64,000 nt of DNA from a virus, in IMG/VR virus record IMGVR_UViG_3300023176_002545, one strand, 5' to 3'. Position numbers and translations under genes: made by a program. Positions 58,801-64,000 of the stretch are shown here, piece by piece (the stretch's first letter is position 1; every line of letters starts with the position of its first letter). The notes under the pieces are model-generated. The model saw only the letters and a list, made by a program, of their open reading frames with translations, made no database searches and had not been told where the DNA came from.

Positions 58801-59506
58801 GATCATATGTAATATTAAATGCATTTGAGCTAAATGCAATAACTTCGTCTTGTAAGAAGTCTCTGTTAACTTCCAATAGATCTTTTGCATCATACGCAGA
58901 TTGTCCTGGATCAACAACTGGTGTAAAAATACCGTCAGATGCAATTTGTGCAGCACGTTTAATTGTTTTAACTGGTTGTAGACGACCGTCATTGTTGTCG
59001 TCACCGTATTGAGCACTTACATAAATTCTATTACCACCTAGTGAGCCTGGGTCACTCCACTGTGTTTGTCCAAAACCTAAGTTTTGAAGAATTTGTCCTT
59101 TACGTGCATCAGTATCAGGAAGTATAATATCGTAGGAATCTGATAACTCTGAAGGTGCTTTAACGTTAACAGTATTTGATCCAAACTGTGATAATTCTCT
59201 AAACTTAACTGCACCTTGATCGTCAAGTTCTAAATCGTCCGCTAGAAAAACTTGGTTACCATCTATACGGAGTTTTTCTATGCCATCAACATCAACTGTA
59301 ACAACACCATTTCCTTGGTCATTGACTATTACGCGAGTATCGCCTTTTTCAATCTGTTGTGTGATGTCTTTTATAGTGCCGTCGGACTGTTTGATAAACA
59401 TTTTACCGTCGGCAGTGTTGATTGCAATTTCGCCCAAATCTAATTGTGCGGATTGTGGTTCCTGCCCGGTAACATTGTTTCTTTTATGTAATATTTTGTT
59501 TGCCAT
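46841..59506 (-). CDS. giant multidomain virion/tail fibre protein (4221 aa)
   Basis: Fibre-type N-terminus (LGEIAINTADGKMF), split beta-helix lead-in, nine CxRD repeats, GHGLVTGD/SHIFDDGD/NHGFTAG modules, NDGxGSGL(N/D)ADLLDG fibre repeats, and a C-terminal WADLAEKY...VALKGRVPCK chaperone/autocleavage-like domain. Confidence 0.85.
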   Translation of the reverse strand: MANKILHKRNNVTGQEPQSAQLDLGEIAINTADGKMFIKQSDGTIKDITQQIEKGDTRVIVNDQGNGVVTVDVDGIEKLRIDGNQVFLADDLELDDQGAVKFRELSQFGSNTVNVKAPSELSDSYDIILPDTDARKGQILQNLGFGQTQWSDPGSLGGNRIYVSAQYGDDNNDGRLQPVKTIKRAAQIASDGIFTPVVDPGQSAYDAKDLLEVNRDFLQDEVIAFSSNAFNITYDQAKCERDVGLIVDAIENDLRYGGDAASSVAGAFYALESSALVKQAQDVATEYGLRRIKELATAVVTNTAITDNTQAAVQQQFDGTKTATASESATVSALGDKVLSYYTGDTGGVQPNETQTQDTDILNAETLIDANKTFIQDEVIAFLNQKYSGFQFDAAKCSRDTGLIIDAANYDLLYSGNAESHYAGITYLNAQASLVRSDQKFQTLAGIDYARSLAQKVVLGETVDYLYQNTVAQDTSLTPGTSAEGTTIYNNLSIIYSLLNTGIGTANGVITTDTARLNSDTLITQNTDFIKEEVIGYLDSQYQSTYDETKCRRDSGLILDAVAADIALGTNYNAVTAGLAYQRANTAYLQSNQLTLTVGAIGNLKTDVLALSDVSSWSTASTRATVAFDEVIDILQNGVGNANALTFPAPTGASQDLSDARDQLQANRSFLQAEVLAYIANTYPSHTYDTAACSRDVGYIVDALTYDIVYGGNSASVLAAESYFVGAASQLGAGEATITADAYNFLAGHVSNVVQGISVTAEQAVVAQNFSSGNATSTEATTLDGLLQIIEDVITAGNLNNLPSKTYPSISWADQQLQDAALQINTNKATLIDDAIAYVDANLFIYDQNKCRRDVGLILDAIRYDITHGGNNESIQAALAYYQYSASTALNSQLTQTLDGINYAIDLAKLVIVNQAPAQSYQSTFGQFTDPSNPGDASAQTAISGLQTLIVDIINDGDSATIGLNIDPNNSVPSLVQNVINANAILAANVEFIKAETVAFIEENFGNFNYDPVKCERDVGLIVDAVQYDVKHGGNAESIFAGISYYNNVTTGTGEITGDAVEVIKAQLQPTVDALEYTRDLLANVVLQNTVPNLYQNTFTQTLNGATPSNNTVAQLVYDRTNDVISILKNGIGTTNSFTKTTNTGALNSEALLQSNTNFITEEVIEYINAQHPGLTYDQTSCRRDIGLILDAVEYDLTHGGNTNSIAAAVAYYKQNAAIVISGQLSETLDGLNHLKTLATQVVRNVTVSPTYSAESQVFDGPNPGDITSANTIGALLDIIIDLVTDGTSQYITVNANGSANTATEYVNADSLITSNKTFIQKETVAYVDGSWINFSSNYNQTTCRRDVGYILDAINFDLTWGGTTNSVAAAIAYFKQSSQFALARQLVQTVDGIMHAIRLAQQVAENYPVVSWQTNSTQVTDTLNPGGAAAVTTIGELGDIIEDIIIDGVSASQNITVLRSAIVPTDDTNILNAADLIALNKAYIQAEVVSYINTYFTNFVYDVAFCRRDVGLFIDAIQYDLIYGGNERAIEAGKAYYNGTTLVIPGDTKFQTILANRYFQTLVDNILKNVVNTKLYQNQVGQITDLTKNVEGTTVGVVESEFNTIIDIIENGPSSPNIPTEVEGAFNISYTTIMVSTGEYKEDNPVIIPDYVSIVGDNLRTTIVRPLNANQDIFRVRNGCYLLGITFKDGLDAFNVPSFTGRFCTAFDDPFDTGVDRTGYVGLRERPLITQSPYVQNVSIISFLGLSGCLVDGSKVITPNIPRFAIEAENPVFGETPEQGKSMVANAYTMLSFGGTGWRLTNDAYAQIVSCFQIFLGNGCWCQSGAYLSVTNSATNFGLYALRSSGYSANSFVFDRGVVAEVGAQASQQKLITVGTKRTPVNQFILRFYDDDEENNLANDITNSFKTIPSTITFNGGEVGTLYGDTATYTVASVTATTFTVQVGAGRNLGTYVSGGTVDINNANSPQAITNAVYDNTSGALEITVAAVPLVNDNATLTEITFTGTNYPVYEEGSLDLAANTITIVGHGLVTGDAVTYRRNNNIEINGLADQGLYYVEVLTNDIIRLYQDDSRGFVADLVAVSSGDHLLETQTEEFFIDDIIQDADGNKLTHNKYQVLTLAPGTYNFNPGDLIEATTGIYRNKAFVYTYEAATRTLTVSVEKAENSGSLTRIFFDATSIIDNDSSAIPQSNIAVTGFTSRTDLYTAEFTIDPTIVGGVLTNTGNLQGTFIRFHRPSIVNSSSHTWEYAGSGTDYNALPQNGGITREEYEQFSDLPGRVYSSGTNELGDFKVGDFIVAENRTGNITFKNTVTVGELSALKLAVSDVVIEAISTDPGLGDNEPGGATDTRLTTQLAQRSFLANRLGDFIDKSVSTNSVSGAVPQMNAQGLLNADIIPATRNFSLFTTNTKFGRYDLTDDIPPQEPLQGDIAQERYPRTLFTLSAPTQFNEDDVIVEANTGATAIVDEDNGGATTVYLTNIVGTFSNNISANTLSKNGNNTTTYITNTGSSETRDIQYTMIQDSDSQYLRYEPAGASFTNGVTVTAANSKTQGVVTAQAEGVLLAVDLANISNGSGYVPTTGSLTYNNVPLTNVNGSGTGARADITVTNGQVSSVDLVRGGSGYTTTDVLSAATGNLGGQSSSAFQISALSVDNRLYVDLLAGKFVASTSTNEYIEDNNAQVDTVALGGNSLNAFNADTLANGGNVDYANSQIEITSHIFDDGDVVNYASSPNTPIGGMLQGESYFVKVIDANTIELYNRYDLNASTKVNFTVSSTGTHALIINNVDTRKDKIYSPNHGFTAGRAFRFVGTNPPTGMSSGSYYYAGTVSQNTFTVHEFREDALNSVNGVVQGAINFVQTGSGSADFIHQNITVYGEINTSSKNSANWALTGSANVDASNIVSGVISTSRLASIGSANSNTYLKGDSSWDYAVRTTRTALNSPLNITGNFYTSGGQNFYYKDTQLDIDRADDTLGNQSFTNEGVASYSKAQFNVNSGEVELKAGVLDAGTLDGLDSQYFLDPGNMLNPVPVNKGGTALDQYIAGDMIYATSPTTLNRLPIGSQGAVMVVDELGNPAWSNDVAPFVEDTNNFGVSRPLEIRHDVSNTPAVGIGVGMQFQVETANNNREVGGTIDAVASDVTFGSEDFSFKFNLMAAGFLAERMVLDSLGNLQIDGDFNVDGGDIKTTKTSATVYDTTVTSLSIGRAATLITLGADKSGTLAVRNTTMVVGGDAVETAPVDSVIKAPNALGTNKQGADLTVQGGASTGSGVAGSVFIDTGYSGTSGSTSTTQVNRVEVSGTDAHTHKLEFGRGSQGSKQSGTIGVKGPITGQFNVNGSELNLKPNPGTGSGTGAIVNIYGSESIGSGSGIQTSELVASFAGDAIRLNKNVITQASSLGTNQATFDLLNDTVTTLNIGGAATAIDIGASSGYLHVNSADQATSTTTGALRVDGGGSFGKNLYVGGNLVAAELTLTGAIDGNSYNVGGVETIDTNRRFISSGGTTGELAKVHGISFDWDGNYGAIGGYVNHGISSRNDTWGAGDSLSINSYNNVNVRLDTNSNNAAASTFFRVNNDVSQTNGNIVFSVRGDGKVGINKDPSGTYNLDVNGSFNATTGYVNGGAIWTDANDGAGSGLNADLLDGLHASSFLRVDTGAAFSGGVFTISAPATTIQNTGEVNTLQLYQGNGANQYDAFLTFHIGGDYAVHFGLDGSTNDLAVGGWSMGANAYKVWHAGNDGSGSGLDADLLDGNDSAFFRNASNLNAGTFPDLFASGTRYNIGYIDGEGSDSYDKLRVWNNSSYSIGMFSGQTMGWLNDYAMTFTMNNDTDRGWKWRHDGDGVAAGAMALTTDGRLVVKQFIAVGNQTTRYLREPTGDYGSIQISGSGYGNWEGFSIDGRAVFMHDGGTATGIYNDVNNQWLFYGVHGGQTEMMHNGSWKVQTRSDGANIAGELYVDNWVRIESNSGIYWQGGNYAGWHIYPNETNAMAFRSANTGSCELRLNNSSNTIYGRLYADDASQGFLNEDGNWALRSYNNDGNSPGIRFMENANETWTGNPGNDVGKIEYHANRFYMAAGANSDRIVQFRRDGTDVSYVDNSGVYQGTAASANWADLAEKYEADAVYAPGTVLGIGGDKEVTLYKEGMKLAGVVSTQPGLMMNQTDDNRDDPMWPFVALKGRVPCKINGSAKKGQYIIADQDGAGRAIDELSTIAEYTLLIGVAIEDGTDVVEVKV
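54670..58900 (-). repeat. nine tandem ~140-170-aa helical repeats with invariant C-x-R-D
   Basis: KCERDVG, KCSRDTG, KCRRDSG, ACSRDVG, KCRRDVG, KCERDVG, SCRRDIG, TCRRDVG, FCRRDVG at about 58790, 58317, 57855, 57428, 56955, 56463, 55962, 55477, 54988. Confidence 0.9.
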
Positions 59507-59541
59507 TAGGTTGCTTCCCAGTTACGATATATCTCTACATG

Positions 59542-59549
59542 TATTTATT
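59542..59549 (-). promoter_or_regulatory. late promoter AATAAATA upstream of the 4221-aa gene
   Basis: Same TAAATA core as other structural operons; about 35 nt upstream of the ATG at 59506. Confidence 0.5.
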
Positions 59550-59571
59550 TCTTTGAGAAGGATACGGATTT

Positions 59572-62500
59572 TTAGAAGGTTCCGCCATCGATAGTAAAGT
59601 TATTAATGTAACTTAAATCAATACCAGAGCCTTCAATATCCTGTCCTACGTAGATATCTCTACCTACTCCGACACCACCTTCTACTATTAAAGCACCAGA
59701 TGTAGTTGATCCAGCTTCAGTTGTTGATTCTATTCGGGTTTCTTGGGCAACAAATAGCTTTTCTTTAATGCCAACACCACCGTCAACTACTAATGCACCT
59801 GTAGTACTATCAGTAGACGCTGTAGCGTTTTCTATACGTGTTATGCCTGCAACATATAGATTTTTACCAATGCCAATGCCACCTTCAATTACAACAGCAC
59901 CTGTAGAAGTGCTTGTTGAATCTACAGTGTTTGTAGCATTAATAATACCGTCAACGTAAATATTTTCAGCAACGCCAATGCCACCTTTAAATATTACGCC
60001 GCCTGTTAGTGAGCTAGTACTACCATCTAGTGATTCAAATATTGTTTGACCACTAGTTGCACCAAAACTAATATTTGTTGAGCTATTAAATGCTCTCAAA
60101 AACTGAATGTTGTCTCTTAGTAAGTCAAAGTTTTGTTGAAGTGTGTTTATACTTCCACCTTCAACATTTAAATCTCCACCTAGGTGTATATTTTCACCAA
60201 CACCTAAACCACCGCCAATTACTACAGCACCATTTGTTTCAGCTGTTGAGCCTGCGTTAGAATTAAATCGTGTAGTACCTGCTGCGTTACCAAAGCTAAC
60301 ATATGTTGCTTGACCAAATGCGTTTATTGTTGTAGCTGTTGTATTGAAAACATTTTGTGTAGTTGAGCTACCATAAATGTCACCTTCAATAAACAATTCA
60401 CCTTCAATGGTCATGTTCTTCATTGACACAATACGGCCGCTACCTGCTGCATCTAATTGCAACGGAGCGTTTGTATTGAGTGTTGAAATACGTGTACCAA
60501 ATACGCCTATTTCTGGGAAGTAAACATTTTTAGCAAATGTTGCATCTTCAGCAACTGTTAAAAAGTCTGTAAAGACATCAGGAACGTTAATGTTTGCTGT
60601 AACGTTTAGAATACCATCAACTGTTGTGTTACCATTTAACTGTGTAGGTGTGTTAACAACAAGTTCAGTATCGTCAAAACGTAAATTGTCGCTTGTTTGA
60701 ATTTCATTTTGGAAATCAATATAAGCAATTCTGTTTATTAATTCACCAGTAACAAACATTCTTGGTGAAGTAACCCAACTGCTTGCGTTTAGTACACCAG
60801 TAACATTTGTATCTGCTTCTAGATTAATTTCGCCTGTACCATTTACCATTATATCAATATCTGAATTAGATATTGTGGTTTTAATAGCATTGCCTTCAAT
60901 GTTTAAATTTCCGTCAATTAAAATACCACCTTGCCAACCTTGGTTTGTTAGTCTAGCAAGTTCAACTCCGCCGCCGTAGAAGAATAGTGTATTCTCATTT
61001 GAGCCTGGGCTAAGTTCTGGTAAAATATAAGTGTCGCCGTCTACATCACGAACTCCACCTAATGAACTCCAAGCAAGACCATTCCAACCTTCATATTGGT
61101 TAGTGTCAGTATTAAAACGAACTTGTCCAACTTCACCTGGAGGTCTTGTAGCAACACCGCCTACAGGAAGTACAAGAGCAGTTTCTCCTACAATTCTTAT
61201 CTGTCCTGAGCCTGCTGCTGAAATTTCAAAATCAGCATTGGTATTTGTTGTACTGATTCTATTTTGGAATATTCTAAAATCGCTTGTATTGATTGAAGCA
61301 ATCCACGCTTCGCTAAACATTGCTGTGCTATGACCAATGTCATATGCCATGTTAACATCTGGAATAATATCACTTGCAAAGTTTGCAGCAGCAATACTTG
61401 TAACATTTAGTGTAGCATTAGGAGCACTAATAGTACCACCTGGTAGTACAATGTCTCCGTCAATGTTTACTGTTTTGTTAAAGAAAAACTCACCAGTACC
61501 GCCTGGAGTTATTTCAAAACGATAATCAGTATTGATACTATTCATTACCATAGTATCGTTTTCAAATGTAAAGTTTTTATGATTAAAACGTGTACTGTTT
61601 ACAGTTAAATCGTCAAAGTCCCATTGACCAATTAGTGATCCGCCTGCGTAAATGTCAAATCTATCATCATTTGAACCTGGAGTTACTTCTGGAGTAATGT
61701 AAGTGTTGCCATCAATATCTTTGATGCCACCCAATGAGCTCCAAGCAGTTCCTTGATAACCTTCAAATGATTGTAATTGTGTGTTAAAACGTATAGCACC
61801 TGTTTCTGGATTAGAGCCACGTTCAGGTGTATTACCAACTGGAACTCTTAAAAAGCTATAGCCGCCAATTAATACTCTACCAGCACCACTAGGATTAATT
61901 TCTAAATCTTGGTTTGTTGTATCAACAGAAATTACGTTGTTTTCAATGCGTACATCGTCAACTTGTACTTTACCAGCATACAATGCTCCCCACACTGCAT
62001 CTGGAGCACCTAGGTCCCAAACGCCTGTAAATTCTGTTGCAGGTTGAATATTGCTTTCAACATATGATTTAAATCTTGTAACATATGGGAACGGATCTAC
62101 TGGATTTCCTGGAGGTGTACCAAGATCAATATCACCTCTAAGTACAATAGGACCACCAGTAAGTTCAAGTTGTTGTGCTCCGTCTGAAGCGTTAACTGTT
62201 ATTTGACCTTCTGCAGAATATAAACTTAATGCATCTAGTGCGTCAATTTCAAGTATGTCTGTAGAGCCAATACCGTTGTTAGCAAATGTTAAGAAACCTG
62301 TTGTAACTTCAGTTGCAGTAATAGTACTTCTGTTACCTTGACCGTCATCAAATGATAAGCCACCTGCTAGAGCACCAAAGTTAAGTCCGCTACCATCAAT
62401 TTGTACTTCGCCTGTTTCTTGTGATACGTAGAACAAGTCGCCTACACGGAAGTCACCTAAATGGTCAACGGAAGTATAACGTACTTTACCACCATTTAGT

Positions 62501-64000
62501 TCAATAACTTCATTGCCTTGTATAGCATCTGAAGCACGGTTAGTTGTTAGTTTACCTGTACCAACATAACCAAAGTTATGACTTACTAGACGTAAACTTA
62601 CACCTGGACCATCTGCTGTAACACCTGAGTTACCATATACCATTGCAGAACCAATTGCACGTAGTTCTACACCAAATTCAAATTTTGTTACTTCAACAAT
62701 ATTTTCTGCTTGTACACCAGAAACTGTACCAATAATAGAACCACCTTGACCATACTGTGGTGTAAAGTCAACACCGTCTAGTCCAGTGTATAGTCCTGTA
62801 ATTGATAGTGTGTTAGTTGCTGGATTCCAACTTGAAATTTGAAACTGTGCTACTGTTGAACCATCTGTTGAAGTATAACGTACTGTTTCGCCTGGAATAA
62901 AGTTTCCACCTGTTACGTTATTAACAATAACATATGTTTGGCCTGTACCGCCCCAACCTTGTGTTCCTGTTGTTGCATGGAATGCTTTGTCTGCTAGATA
63001 AACAAACGAGTTTAGCATTTCTATTCTAATACCGTTTGTAGCATATATACCAGTTTGACCTGGTGCAAATATTGTTACCTCATTGAGCAACATGCTTGGC
63101 TCAATTGAGTTTCTGTTTATAAATTGACCATCTGCTTTAACACCTCGGCCTGCATCATGTGCATCAAAACCGTATGGATCATCAGATGAATTAATACCTA
63201 ATCTTACAGTTGAACCAAAGTTCAATACTGTAACATTCATTATGTATGGACCACGTGTAAAGTTTGCTGTTGTTGATTCGTCAAAACAGAAAGCATAACC
63301 TGTATCGTTTATGCTGTCGTACTCCATTTCACGAACAGTTAACATTTCTACTGTGCCGCCACCTCTAAATTGGAAACCGTTTTGTGTACGAGTAGCTGAT
63401 GTTGGTTTAATCTGTGTTGAACGAATACCTTGTCCAACAATGTTAACACCAGGATATACTGTTAGTGGAAAAATTTCTTCAAATGTACCTGAGCCAATTT
63501 TAACTGTGTCGCCATTACGTGCAACAACAAGTGCTTGTCTAATAGTACGGAAAGCATCTTGCATGCTTTCACCTGTGTTACCGTCACTACCATTTACAGT
63601 AACCCAGTAAACATTACCTTCTTTCTTAGTAATATCAACACCATTAGCATAGATACCACCAGTACCTGCACTGTCTAAATATAAACTAGTATTAGAGTCA
63701 ATTGAACTAATGCCAGTACGATCACCGTCACCATCTAGTCTTAGGTTGTTAATATTAACAACTTCACCTGTAAAGGTAGTTGCTGCTTCACCAACAGTAA
63801 GCAAGTTGTTAATAACAACATTACCAGTGCCACTTGCTGTAATAACAAGATCACCGTTTGAGAATTGTGGTTCTAAAATACTTGTTTGAATTCTAGTTGA
63901 ATTAACAGTATCACTAAAAAAGCCGCTACCAGAAACATCAATTTCTGCTATAGGTCTAGTAGTTTTACCTACAGCAAGTTTCGAGTCTGAAGTAACTTCT
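59572..64000 (-). CDS. large structural/fibre protein, 5'-truncated by the window (>1470 aa)
   Basis: The frame stays open from the track's TTG start at 63804 to the window edge. It has a beta-helix domain (VYWVTVNGSDGN...GDTVKIGSGTF), a duplicated P.G..RFNT....EG..G.AWSSLGG domain and C-terminal S.TTGA.V..GG.G repeats. Confidence 0.8.
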   Translation of the reverse strand, partial: EVTSDSKLAVGKTTRPIAEIDVSGSGFFSDTVNSTRIQTSILEPQFSNGDLVITASGTGNVVINNLLTVGEAATTFTGEVVNINNLRLDGDGDRTGISSIDSNTSLYLDSAGTGGIYANGVDITKKEGNVYWVTVNGSDGNTGESMQDAFRTIRQALVVARNGDTVKIGSGTFEEIFPLTVYPGVNIVGQGIRSTQIKPTSATRTQNGFQFRGGGTVEMLTVREMEYDSINDTGYAFCFDESTTANFTRGPYIMNVTVLNFGSTVRLGINSSDDPYGFDAHDAGRGVKADGQFINRNSIEPSMLLNEVTIFAPGQTGIYATNGIRIEMLNSFVYLADKAFHATTGTQGWGGTGQTYVIVNNVTGGNFIPGETVRYTSTDGSTVAQFQISSWNPATNTLSITGLYTGLDGVDFTPQYGQGGSIIGTVSGVQAENIVEVTKFEFGVELRAIGSAMVYGNSGVTADGPGVSLRLVSHNFGYVGTGKLTTNRASDAIQGNEVIELNGGKVRYTSVDHLGDFRVGDLFYVSQETGEVQIDGSGLNFGALAGGLSFDDGQGNRSTITATEVTTGFLTFANNGIGSTDILEIDALDALSLYSAEGQITVNASDGAQQLELTGGPIVLRGDIDLGTPPGNPVDPFPYVTRFKSYVESNIQPATEFTGVWDLGAPDAVWGALYAGKVQVDDVRIENNVISVDTTNQDLEINPSGAGRVLIGGYSFLRVPVGNTPERGSNPETGAIRFNTQLQSFEGYQGTAWSSLGGIKDIDGNTYITPEVTPGSNDDRFDIYAGGSLIGQWDFDDLTVNSTRFNHKNFTFENDTMVMNSINTDYRFEITPGGTGEFFFNKTVNIDGDIVLPGGTISAPNATLNVTSIAAANFASDIIPDVNMAYDIGHSTAMFSEAWIASINTSDFRIFQNRISTTNTNADFEISAAGSGQIRIVGETALVLPVGGVATRPPGEVGQVRFNTDTNQYEGWNGLAWSSLGGVRDVDGDTYILPELSPGSNENTLFFYGGGVELARLTNQGWQGGILIDGNLNIEGNAIKTTISNSDIDIMVNGTGEINLEADTNVTGVLNASSWVTSPRMFVTGELINRIAYIDFQNEIQTSDNLRFDDTELVVNTPTQLNGNTTVDGILNVTANINVPDVFTDFLTVAEDATFAKNVYFPEIGVFGTRISTLNTNAPLQLDAAGSGRIVSMKNMTIEGELFIEGDIYGSSTTQNVFNTTATTINAFGQATYVSFGNAAGTTRFNSNAGSTAETNGAVVIGGGLGVGENIHLGGDLNVEGGSINTLQQNFDLLRDNIQFLRAFNSSTNISFGATSGQTIFESLDGSTSSLTGGVIFKGGIGVAENIYVDGIINATNTVDSTSTSTGAVVIEGGIGIGKNLYVAGITRIENATASTDSTTGALVVDGGVGIKEKLFVAQETRIESTTEAGSTTSGALIVEGGVGVGRDIYVGQDIEGSGIDLSYINNFTIDGGTF

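Noticed and set aside
54670-58900. Assigning the host as a cyanobacterium from the phycobiliprotein-like repeats
   Set aside because: No psbA, hli, cpeT, pebS or other cyanophage markers are in this window, so motif resemblance alone cannot fix the host.
1-64000. tRNA, rRNA, integrase/prophage boundaries, stop-codon recoding
   Set aside because: The intergenic gaps are too short and show no cloverleaf; no integrase or host genes were seen. Long ORFs tile the window in the standard code using TAA, TGA and TAG stops.

Overview
The window is gene-dense, AT-rich DNA from a large lytic T4-like myovirus. It is not a bacterial chromosome: no integrase, tRNA, rRNA or CRISPR array was seen, and the ORFs read in the standard genetic code. 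In order it carries: (1) a partial UvsW-like helicase, (2) a 5.6 kb glycosyltransferase/FkbM/cytidylyltransferase cluster, (3) uvsY-uvsX-gp32 recombination genes, (4) packaging and tail genes (terminase, gp4, tube, sheath, neck gp13/14/15), (5) a 13.5 kb enzyme island at 33326-46837, and (6) giant fibre-like structural proteins (1556 aa, 4221 aa, and one of >1470 aa running off the window). The best candidate for an undescribed system is the island. It encodes nine radical-SAM-like proteins (four canonical GG(E/D)-type, five paralogues with CxxxCxGC and GPTD motifs), a 2OG-Fe(II) oxygenase, a JmjC/cupin hydroxylase and two paralogous ~125-aa proteins ending in CH(S/T)S-CHYS-CHGS-RGRR. All are coupled to structural operons, which suggests RiPP-like post-translational modification of virion-associated proteins. 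A second striking signal is nine tandem ~160-aa repeats in the 4221-aa protein, each with an invariant C-x-R-D motif resembling the phycobiliprotein bilin-attachment site. All function calls come from motif recognition by eye; no database searches were run.
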